Assembly: GCA_965116885.1 (NCBI GenBank)
Contig: OZ220741.1
Coordinates: 1,376,001 to 1,440,000, forward strand
Direction: 5' to 3'
Source of the DNA: Candidatus Latescibacterota bacterium
Lineage (GTDB): Bacteria; Latescibacterota; UBA2968
Length of the DNA: 64,000 nt
Part shown: in pieces, positions 54,287 to 62,610 of the stretch
How the letters are laid out: every line of letters begins with the position of its first letter
How positions within the stretch are numbered: position 1 is the first letter of the stretch
Translations under genes and position numbers: made by a program
Notes under the pieces: generated by a model
The model's database searches: none
What the model saw: the letters and a program-made list of their open reading frames with translations, nothing else
What the model was told of the DNA's origin: nothing

Positions 54287-56689
54287 TCAGTTTACACTGA
54301 ACACATCAACCATTGGCTTGCGCGGGCGTTTCATGAGGGCGGTTTCCAGGACTTGATCCATGTGCGATGCAAATACCAGACGTATGTCTTTGCGTGCTGT
54401 GTCGGGTATTTCATGTGCGTCTTTGCGGTTCTCTTCGGGTAAGATTACTGTTTTTACACCTGCGCGGTGTGCTGATAGGACTTTATCGCGCACGCCGCCG
54501 ATGGGCAGTACTTTGCCGCGCAGTGTAATTTCGCCTGTCATTGCCACGTCTTTTCGGATGGGCCGATTGGTAAATACCGATGCGAGCACGATCGCCATGG
54601 TAATGCCTGCCGAGGGACCGTCTTTGGGTACGGCACCTGCGGGTACGTGGACGTGTACATCTCTTTTTTCGTTAAACTGCGCGTTTAGCCCCAGTTCATG
54701 CCAGCGCGATCGCACGTATGTCAGGGCTGCATGCGCAGATTCCTTCATTACATCCCCAACCTGTCCGGTCAGATTTAACTCGCCTTTACCGGGTACGACT
54801 GTTGCTTCGACAAAGAGGACATCACCACCGGTAGATGTTACGGCGAGGCCAGCGGCGACGCCCACCTCGTGATCTTCTTCGGCTACTTCGTGGCGGAATT
54901 TTTGCGGTCCCAGATATTCGACGATGTTTTTTTGATGGATGTGTACGCGCCGCTTGCGGCCCTGGGCAAATTTGCGGGCTACTTTGCGCGCCACGGTTGC
55001 AATTTCGCGCTCCAGATTTCGCACCCCGGCCTCGCGGGTGTAGTGCTGGATTATTTCTTGCAGGGCGGCTTTGTCGAAGGATGCCTTTTGGGGGGTCAAT
55101 CCGTGTTCTGGAATCTGGCGTTTGACCAGGTACCGACGCGCGATCTCCAGCTTTTCGGCTTCGGTGTATCCCGAGACTTCCAGTACTTCCATCCGGTCCA
55201 TCAGAGCGGGTGGAATTGTGTGGAGTGAGTTGGCAGTGGCGAGGAATAAGACTTCTGAGAGGTCAAAGGCGACGTCGAGGTAGTGATCTACAAAGGTGTT
55301 ATTTTGCGCCGGGTCCAGGACTTCCAGCAGTGCTGCGGAGGGGTCGCCGCGAAAATCCGCGCCGAGTTTGTCGATTTCATCCAGCATGAATACGGGGTTT
55401 TTTGTGCCGGCGCGTCGCAGTCCCTGTATGATGCGTCCGGGCAATGCGCCGATGTAGGTGCGGCGATGTCCTCGAATTTCTGATTCGTCGCGGATGCCGC
55501 CCAATGACATTCTGACAAATTCGCGGCCGAGTGCGCGTGCCACGGATTTGCCCAGTGATGTTTTGCCCGTGCCCGGCGGTCCGACGAGCAACAAAATAGG
55601 CCCGCGCATGTCGTCTTTTAAGTGGCGCACGGATAGGTATTCCAGAATGCGCTCTTTGGGTTTTTCCAATCCATAGTGGTCTGCGTTCAAGACGCGCTCG
55701 GCTTCTTTGATGTCCAGTTGATCGCTTGTCTTTTTGTTCCAGGGGAGTTCGACGAGCCAGTCCAGATAGGTGCGCGATACGGTGTATTCGGCAGAGGCTT
55801 CGGGCATGCGCGCCATGCGTTTTAGTTCGCGCTCGGCTTCTGTTTTTGCTTCTTCGGACATGCCGGCGGCTTCGATCTTTTCGCGCAGTTCTTCGATTTC
55901 GGCGCCGATATCCTCTCCTTCGCCCAGTTCATCTTGAATTGCCCGCAGTTGCTGGCGCAAAAAGTATTCTTTTTGTGCGTCTTCCATGGTTCCCGCGGCT
56001 TCCGAACTGATTTTTTCCCGCAGTTCCAGAATTTCAACTTCGCGATTTAAGCATTGATTGATGGCTTCCAGTCGTCGGTACAGATTGCGCTCGGTTAGTA
56101 TTTTTTGTTGCTCTTCAAAATCCACATTGAGTTGTGAGGCGATGAAGTCTGCCTTGTGGGATATTTCTGAGAGGGCGTCTAAGGCTTCCCCGACTTCTCG
56201 GGGTACATTGGGGGCGAGTGCCACGGCTTTTTTGAACTGGCCGAATATGTTGCGTGCGAGGGCTTCCAATTCGGTGTTGTGTTCTATGTCTGATGCTATT
56301 TTCTCGACTTGTGCTATGGGATGAGGTTGCGATTGCAATACATCTATGAGTGATAGTCGCGCCATGCCCTGTACGAGCACTTGCATGCGGCCGTCGGGCA
56401 TTTCCGCGGATCGCGCGATGTAGATTGCAGTACCTACGGGATATAGGGACTCCCGGCGGATGTCTTCCTCGGCGTCGCTTTCTTCCAGTTCTCCAAAGAT
56501 GGCGATTACCTTGTGCCCGGCGTCTATTGCCGCTTGCGCGGCTTTTACCGCGCGTTCGTCTTCCAATAATAAGGGGGCAGCCATGAGGGGATAAATCACT
56601 ACTTCTGATGTCACCAGCATGGGTAATTCAGATGGGATGCTATACGCTTCGATTGCGTTTACGCTTGTGAGGGGGTTGTCGTTTGACAT
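54287..56689 (-). CDS. lon: ATP-dependent Lon protease
   Basis: GPPGTGKTS, RGHRRTYIGALPG, LDEIDK, PKDGPSAG, IGGVRDK; start MSNDN after AAGGAG. Confidence 0.97.
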   Translation of the reverse strand: MSNDNPLTSVNAIEAYSIPSELPMLVTSEVVIYPLMAAPLLLEDERAVKAAQAAIDAGHKVIAIFGELEESDAEEDIRRESLYPVGTAIYIARSAEMPDGRMQVLVQGMARLSLIDVLQSQPHPIAQVEKIASDIEHNTELEALARNIFGQFKKAVALAPNVPREVGEALDALSEISHKADFIASQLNVDFEEQQKILTERNLYRRLEAINQCLNREVEILELREKISSEAAGTMEDAQKEYFLRQQLRAIQDELGEGEDIGAEIEELREKIEAAGMSEEAKTEAERELKRMARMPEASAEYTVSRTYLDWLVELPWNKKTSDQLDIKEAERVLNADHYGLEKPKERILEYLSVRHLKDDMRGPILLLVGPPGTGKTSLGKSVARALGREFVRMSLGGIRDESEIRGHRRTYIGALPGRIIQGLRRAGTKNPVFMLDEIDKLGADFRGDPSAALLEVLDPAQNNTFVDHYLDVAFDLSEVLFLATANSLHTIPPALMDRMEVLEVSGYTEAEKLEIARRYLVKRQIPEHGLTPQKASFDKAALQEIIQHYTREAGVRNLEREIATVARKVARKFAQGRKRRVHIHQKNIVEYLGPQKFRHEVAEEDHEVGVAAGLAVTSTGGDVLFVEATVVPGKGELNLTGQVGDVMKESAHAALTYVRSRWHELGLNAQFNEKRDVHVHVPAGAVPKDGPSAGITMAIVLASVFTNRPIRKDVAMTGEITLRGKVLPIGGVRDKVLSAHRAGVKTVILPEENRKDAHEIPDTARKDIRLVFASHMDQVLETALMKRPRKPMVDVFSVN

Positions 56690-56737
56690 GATCAGATGCT
56701 CCTTGGAATGATGGTATATCAACTTTACCATTTTTTA

Positions 56738-56753
56738 AGCAATATCCGTGCCT
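56738..56753 (-). promoter_or_regulatory. Sigma-54 (-24/-12) promoter of lon
   Basis: Minus strand AGGCACGGATATTGCT gives GG-N10-GC, about 50 bp upstream of the ATG. Confidence 0.75.
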
Positions 56754-56961
56754 GAATACACAAATTCGGCTAATTACTTTATTTACAAATAGATACTAAT
56801 TTTGTTCCAATATTTTAATTCGATGATTGCCGATTTTACTATCCGATTTCAGTCATAATGGCAGTTGTGTCACGCTCACCTGATGTCATTTCGCGCTGGA
56901 AACGCATTGCGGGTTTCGGTATATTGGAGAGGTTAAACAAAGGGGCTGGGGGCTAACCACT

Positions 56962-58116
56962 ATGTCTTCTACATACCATACACTCATCATCGGTGCGGGG
57001 ATTAATGGCCTGTGTACATGCTATCATCTCTTGCGGCAGGGGGTACGCGATGTTGGGCTGATTGAGCAATTTGAACTCGGTCATGGCCGGGGCAGTTCGC
57101 ACGGGGATTCGCGCATTACCCGCAGTGCGTATGTGAATGCAGATTATGTGCGTCTTATGCAAATTGCACACGGCGAGTCGTGGCCCCAGCTCGAGCGCGA
57201 TGCAGAGGTTCAGCTCATCTATCCCACGCCCGGCTGTTTTTTTGGTCCAGCAGATGGGAAATACACGAGCTATGCCAGGGCTGTGACAGAGGTTGGTGTG
57301 GATGTGGAACCTCTTACTCCGGAAGAGGGGCGGAAACGCTTTCCGGTTTTTCGCTTTGAAAATGCCGCTGGCGTTCTGTACGACCGCACGGCCGGGCTTG
57401 TGGCTGCCGCGCAGGCTGTTGAGTCTCTTATTGATCTGATCCGCAGACAGGATGGGGAGATCCGGGAAAATACGGCTGTGCAGGGCGTTGATATTACACG
57501 GGATCCCATTCGCGTGGAGACTTCTGCGGGGGATTTTGAAACGGAACGCCTGATTGTGACGGCTGGTCCCTGGGTATCTCGTTTGCTTCCGGTTCTCACA
57601 CAGCGCGTTGCGGTGGCGCGCCAGACGGTTGGGTTTTTCCAGCTTGAGGGATCGCGGGAAGAATTTCAACCCGGGGCTTTTCCGGTTTGGGGCTATCTCC
57701 TGCGCCAGGGCGATATAAGTTATTACGGTCTTCCGCAATTTGGTCGCGAGGGGATCAAGCTGGCCAAACATATTGTCAGTGGGGTTGACGACGATCCCGA
57801 CGATGTGCCCACGCAGATGCCTGAGGACGCGATTGAGGATCTTCGCGTATTTATTAAAGCGCAATTTGTTCCGCCGGTTGAGCGGTTTCTCGATTGGGAG
57901 ACGTGTCTTTATACCAATACGGGTACTGAGGACTTTATTCTGGATGTTCATCCGGATAATCCCAATGTGGTTATCGGGGCGGGTTTTTCAGGGCACGGTT
58001 TTAAGTTCGGGCCGCTCACGGGTCGCATTTTGTCTGAACTGAGTCTCAATGGCAAGACGTCTATACCCGAATTTGAGGCGGCGAGGGATATGTTCGAGGT
58101 TCCACGTAATGTTTGA
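56962..58116 (+). CDS. solA: Monomeric sarcosine oxidase / N-methyl-L-tryptophan oxidase family flavoprotein
   Basis: IIGAGING, GSSHGDSRITR, CLYTNT (flavinylation Cys), GFSGHGFKF. Confidence 0.88.
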   Translation: MSSTYHTLIIGAGINGLCTCYHLLRQGVRDVGLIEQFELGHGRGSSHGDSRITRSAYVNADYVRLMQIAHGESWPQLERDAEVQLIYPTPGCFFGPADGKYTSYARAVTEVGVDVEPLTPEEGRKRFPVFRFENAAGVLYDRTAGLVAAAQAVESLIDLIRRQDGEIRENTAVQGVDITRDPIRVETSAGDFETERLIVTAGPWVSRLLPVLTQRVAVARQTVGFFQLEGSREEFQPGAFPVWGYLLRQGDISYYGLPQFGREGIKLAKHIVSGVDDDPDDVPTQMPEDAIEDLRVFIKAQFVPPVERFLDWETCLYTNTGTEDFILDVHPDNPNVVIGAGFSGHGFKFGPLTGRILSELSLNGKTSIPEFEAARDMFEVPRNV

Positions 58117-59551
58117 GCTTGTTATTCACCGACGCGCAGCGCTATTTTCCATCGCGCTTCTGACCGTCCTGCTCTCCGCGCCTTCACCCGGATATGACCG
58201 TGATCGCTGGGAAAATTTTACCAGCATGAATTACGTCACGTCTATAGCGGAAAGCCCGACGGTCATTTTTGTGGCGACGACCGGGGGCATTCGCCGCTAT
58301 GACCGGTTTGCCAAGACCTGGCTGGCTCCGCTGACAACCCGCGATGGCTTGCCCGATAACAGGGTACAGCGCATTGCTTATGATAGCGATACAGGTGACC
58401 TGTGGTTTGAAACGCCTTCAGGTGTGGGCCGCTGGCTCACTGGTGTACAGAGCGTCATGCCGGGGGGCAGGCCTCCTGCATATCTCCACAATCCGCGATC
58501 AGTTCCCCAAATTCCATCGGTTTTTCCGCCCTTTGGGTATTATCTCGATGATCGCCAGGTTATAGGTCCCCGGCGCAACTATGCGATTACAGATGTGTTG
58601 ATTGACTCCTGGCGCCATCTCTGGATCGCCACATGGGGGCTGGGTGTGGGACAAGCCGAACTCATAGATGGTCAACTTTCATTCCTCACTTATGGTCCGC
58701 TGGAAGAAAATGTTACGGCTATTGCACGCGATGGCGATGTTTTGTGGATTGGAGGCGCAGATACCTATCGCGCACCTGCGCGAGGTATTACCCGATATCG
58801 TCTTGATACAAATACGTGGGAATATTTTGAAGCCAACCGCATCATCGGTCTGGATGATCCCCAGATTGTTACGATATTACCCGGTGGTGACAATGTATGG
58901 TTTGGCACCCACAATGGCTTGATGCGGTATTATAGGCGCACGGGACAATGGTTTACTTATCGCGAAACCCGCCGCTGGGGACAGGTGCAGGCACTGGCAC
59001 GCGACGATAATATCCTCTGGATCGGCTCGGACCGCGGTTTGGCAATGCTGGATATCAAAGCCGATTCGCTCGACTATGTGCAGGGTAGTGAGTACGCGAT
59101 TATTCACGCTATGGTTGCAGGTCCCAATTATATATGGGCAGGTACTGAAAGCGGTCTTTTTCAATGTGCCCGAGGGGATCGCACCTGGCGACCTGTGGCC
59201 CATAATATTGCCAAACGCCGGGTACGCGCGCTGGCTATGCACAACAATGATCTATGGCTTGCTACAGAAGCCCCATCTGCAGCCGTGCGATACCGCCCGG
59301 GAGATAATATCTGGCGCGAATATCCCCTCACTGAGATAGGCGGGAGAGATCGCGTCTCGATTGAGGCCGATAGCAGTGAGGTGTGGGTTGCCACGGGCGC
59401 AGGGGCTTTTCTTTTAGATGTGCCGCGCCACCTGTGGACGCATTACACGATGTACGATGGTCTCGCACACACGCGGGTACAGGTGGTTCTTCGAGATGGC
59501 GGATATGTCTGGTTTGGCACTGCTGAGGGGCTGAGTCGTTTTCGGAGGTGA
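58109..59551 (+). CDS. Exported beta-propeller protein (two-component-regulator-propeller-like repeats)
   Basis: Signal-like N-terminus, repeated LW.GT..GL and DGL..N.V blades. Confidence 0.8.
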   Translation: MFELVIHRRAALFSIALLTVLLSAPSPGYDRDRWENFTSMNYVTSIAESPTVIFVATTGGIRRYDRFAKTWLAPLTTRDGLPDNRVQRIAYDSDTGDLWFETPSGVGRWLTGVQSVMPGGRPPAYLHNPRSVPQIPSVFPPFGYYLDDRQVIGPRRNYAITDVLIDSWRHLWIATWGLGVGQAELIDGQLSFLTYGPLEENVTAIARDGDVLWIGGADTYRAPARGITRYRLDTNTWEYFEANRIIGLDDPQIVTILPGGDNVWFGTHNGLMRYYRRTGQWFTYRETRRWGQVQALARDDNILWIGSDRGLAMLDIKADSLDYVQGSEYAIIHAMVAGPNYIWAGTESGLFQCARGDRTWRPVAHNIAKRRVRALAMHNNDLWLATEAPSAAVRYRPGDNIWREYPLTEIGGRDRVSIEADSSEVWVATGAGAFLLDVPRHLWTHYTMYDGLAHTRVQVVLRDGGYVWFGTAEGLSRFRR

Positions 59552-59788
59552 CTTGCGGCGCACAATTTATAAGCTACGTAACTATATTACAATGCATAAC
59601 ATTAGAGTAACTTTCACATGGAAAAAAATGCGTGACATACGACCTTAAATTTGTTACTTTTGACTCTCGCGGTATCCATATAAATCCACACATTAGTAGA
59701 TTGGCAAGTCTAATGAACCTTCCGTTGGATCATACCATCATTTTCATTTTCTCTGCCAAAAATACACACCGTTGAATAGATTTGTTCG

Positions 59789-59838
59789 GCGGCTGTTCAT
59801 ACGCACATGGCGTCTTGAGTAGCCGCTTTTCTTTGTTT
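59789..59838 (+). terminator. Intrinsic terminator / attenuator hairpin in the BMC gene leader
   Basis: GCGGCTGTTCA...TGAGTAGCCGC followed by TTTTCTTTGTTT, ending 14 nt before the ATG. Confidence 0.7.
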
Positions 59839-59852
59839 GGAAATAAGCATTT

Positions 59853-60308
59853 ATGAAACCTGCTCTTGGACTCATTGAAACGCTGGGTTTTGTCGGCGTT
59901 ACCGAAGCGGCCGATGCAGCAACTAAAGCAGCGGCCGTTGAGTTGTCTGCTGTTGAACAAATAGATGGTGGTATTATTTCGATTCGCGTTTTAGGCGATG
60001 TCGGTGCGGTGCAGGCTGCGGTTGAAGCTGGTGTGCAGGCTGCGCAACAGGTGGGCACTCTGGTGGCACATCACGTGATCCCGAATCCACACGAGGACCT
60101 CGTCGATGTTTTTGGATTAATGGAAAAAACGGATGAAATAGACGAAACGAACGAAGCAGATCTCGAAAGTTTGCCCGTACATCGCCTGCGCCAGATTGCT
60201 CGTGAAACGCCGGGCATTGCGATTCAAGGGCGGGAAATTTCCCGCGCAAATCGAGCGCAATTGCTATCCGAACTTCGCAGGGCAAACAGAAATCAAACCG
60301 ACGCGTAA
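59853..60308 (+). CDS. Bacterial microcompartment shell protein (BMC-H) with C-terminal helical extension
   Basis: ALGLIET.G, AADAATKAA.V, GDVGAVQAAVEAG, HVIPNPH; about 60-aa tail. Confidence 0.92.
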   Translation: MKPALGLIETLGFVGVTEAADAATKAAAVELSAVEQIDGGIISIRVLGDVGAVQAAVEAGVQAAQQVGTLVAHHVIPNPHEDLVDVFGLMEKTDEIDETNEADLESLPVHRLRQIARETPGIAIQGREISRANRAQLLSELRRANRNQTDA

Positions 60309-60324
60309 TGCTGGAGCAAACACA

Positions 60325-60642
60325 ATGAACACCGAAACTCTTTGGGAGAGAATCAAGCAAGGTCTTCGCGATGGCGCGGCTACAGCAGCGGAAAAAGCCG
60401 AGTATTTGGGCAAACTCGGTCGCGCACGTCTCGATATTGCGCGCACCCGCCACGCCATTCACGATGCATTTACTGAACTTGGCGGACAAATATACGAGGA
60501 ACTCAAAGATCACGAAGCCGCCATTGAGGCACAAACCGAGGCGGTTCAAGATCACATCGCGACTATTGGCAAGCTCGAAGAGCAATTGCAAAATCAAGAA
60601 GCGCAATTCAAAGTATTACAAGAGTCAGACAGAGAAGCGTAG
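60325..60642 (+). CDS. Hypothetical coiled-coil protein
   Basis: GGAG SD; all-helical amphipathic 105-aa sequence. Confidence 0.75.
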   Translation: MNTETLWERIKQGLRDGAATAAEKAEYLGKLGRARLDIARTRHAIHDAFTELGGQIYEELKDHEAAIEAQTEAVQDHIATIGKLEEQLQNQEAQFKVLQESDREA

Positions 60643-60843
60643 AAACTTCTTCTGGCCCCACCAGAAGTTAGAAGCCCGTTGCCGTGTCGAGAAAGGGATG
60701 GGATTTGACACTGGCAATCGGGTAAAAATAGGAGGTATTCATGTAAGATTCTCCCTTTGTTGTTCTAAGACCTTTGTCCTTTATCCTTGCAGGAGTTATC
60801 TACCTGCGCAAATCCCCTGTGCAAAGAAGGAGAGGTTGACGAA

Positions 60844-61701
60844 GTGCCAAGACTATCTAAAAGACCTTATGCTCGTGAAGACGAATCACTGGATCAGTAT
60901 TTGCAGGAAATTGGCGAAGTTGCGTTGCTTACAGCAGATCAGGAAGTCGTGCTGGCCAAACGAATAAAAAAGGGCGATCAAGGCGCCCTGGAAGAATTGA
61001 CCACAGCCAACCTGAGATTTGTGGTAAGCGTCGCTAAACAATACCAGAATCAGGGCCTTTCGATGGGCGACCTGATCAACGAAGGGAATCTTGGACTCAT
61101 CAAAGCCGCCCAGCGTTTTGATGAAACTAAGGGTTTCAAATTTATTTCTTATGCCGTGTGGTGGATCCGACAGGCGATTTTACAGGCTCTTGCCGAGCAG
61201 TCTCGCATTGTTCGCTTGCCGCTGAATCGGGTTGGTGCGCTCCACAAAATCGGCAAGGCATCGAGCGGTCTCGAACAGGAGTATGGTCGCGAACCCAGCC
61301 CGGGTGAAATTGCCGATGAACTCGGCATGAATGATTTTGAAGTGCGCGATACGCTCAAAATTTCGAGCCGGCATCTCTCACTGGATGCGCCATTTAAAGA
61401 TGGCGAAGACAACAATTTGCTCGATGTGCTTGAAGACGGTATGCAACCCCCACCCGACGATCCTCTTCTCGATGACGCACTCAGACGAGAAATAGAAAAA
61501 GCCCTCGCTACCCTTACCCCCCGTGAAGCCGAAGTCATTACACTTTATTTTGGCATCAATCGCGAACAGCCACTTACCCTCGAGGAGATTGGCGAACGTT
61601 TTGGATTGACGCGAGAGCGCGTGCGTCAGATTAAAGAGAAAGCACTTCGGCGATTGCGCCATACCTCGCGCAGCCGTCCGCTGAAATCTTATTTGCATTA
61701 A
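60844..61701 (+). CDS. RpoD/SigA-family sigma-70 factor lacking region 1.1
   Basis: [65 protein letters not shown] start after AGGAGAGG. Confidence 0.93.
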   Translation: MPRLSKRPYAREDESLDQYLQEIGEVALLTADQEVVLAKRIKKGDQGALEELTTANLRFVVSVAKQYQNQGLSMGDLINEGNLGLIKAAQRFDETKGFKFISYAVWWIRQAILQALAEQSRIVRLPLNRVGALHKIGKASSGLEQEYGREPSPGEIADELGMNDFEVRDTLKISSRHLSLDAPFKDGEDNNLLDVLEDGMQPPPDDPLLDDALRREIEKALATLTPREAEVITLYFGINREQPLTLEEIGERFGLTRERVRQIKEKALRRLRHTSRSRPLKSYLH

Positions 61702-61717
61702 TACGGACCGCTATTCC

Positions 61718-61762
61718 AATAGGCCACAAACGGGTTCGCCCGATGTGGCCTATTATTTTTTT
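61718..61762 (+). terminator. Intrinsic terminator
   Basis: AATAGGCCACA..CGGG-TTCG-CCCG.TGTGGCCTATT followed by a T tract. Confidence 0.88.
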
Positions 61763-61797
61763 GCTTAGAACTTTTGGTTTGTTTGTGTGTATAGTTT

Positions 61798-61862
61798 GTA
61801 GGAGCAACCCTCTGTGGTCGCCCGCTGCTGTCGTTCGGGACGGCACAGGGGCCGTCCCCTAC
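61798..61862. repeat. GTAG-type REP doublet
   Basis: GTAGGAGCAACCCTCTGTGGTCGCCC ... GGGACGGCACAGGGGCCGTCCCCTAC. Confidence 0.85.
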
Positions 61863-61932
61863 TTGACTGTTTCTTCCATAACCCATACATTTGTCCGTCT
61901 AAAATTTTTCAACTCAACCCGGAGGACCACAC

Positions 61933-62583
61933 ATGTCTAATCGGCGTTTTATCTACGTGTTCCTTGTTCTGTTTTTACTTTCTAAACCCGCGTCTGTTTT
62001 TGCTCAGGATGAAGCAATGCCAGAACCCGCCATGATAGGCGGTAGCGGGGTGACATCCTGGATTTTGAAGGGCAATAAAATTTACTATCTCAAGTGGGAT
62101 AGGGAATTTGAACAGGCGCAGATTTACGGTCCCCAGGAAATCGGTGGTGAGGATATCAAAGAAGTTCTGCTGATGCAGAGTACGGGGGATTTTGCGTGGA
62201 TACTGCGGGGTGACGATGTCTATTTTGTCGCTGCAAAACGCGAAGGTACGTTTGTGAGACTGGAAGTGGAGCGGCCTGAAGAACTCCCGGATTCAGAAGG
62301 ATCGGAACCGGTTATGATGGCTGGTGGCGGGAGCAGAGCCTGGGTTTTGAAGGGCTATAGTCTCTTTTATCTCAAATGGGATCCCTCGTATGGAAATGTG
62401 CAGATTTATGGACCCGAAGACCTGCCTCCCAATGACTATGGTCCCTCCGAACCCGTTCTTATGCACGGTACAGGTAGCTCGGTATGGATCTTGCGAGGCA
62501 ATGACGTTTTTTATGTTACGGCCAGAGTTGATGGTACATTTGTCGATATTGAAATTGAGCGTCCCGAAGACCTTCCAGAGTAA
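61933..62583 (+). CDS. Exported four-repeat protein of unknown function
   Basis: Signal peptide; four W[IV]L[KR]G..[IVL][YF][YF] repeats arranged A-B-A-B. Confidence 0.8.
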   Translation: MSNRRFIYVFLVLFLLSKPASVFAQDEAMPEPAMIGGSGVTSWILKGNKIYYLKWDREFEQAQIYGPQEIGGEDIKEVLLMQSTGDFAWILRGDDVYFVAAKREGTFVRLEVERPEELPDSEGSEPVMMAGGGSRAWVLKGYSLFYLKWDPSYGNVQIYGPEDLPPNDYGPSEPVLMHGTGSSVWILRGNDVFYVTARVDGTFVDIEIERPEDLPE

Positions 62584-62610
62584 TAACCTATACTTGCGAG
62601 TAGAAACCTT

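Noticed and set aside
3939..61862. REP and CGCAGAT repeats as a CRISPR array
   Set aside because: Copies are dispersed, with no regular repeat-spacer period and no cas genes.
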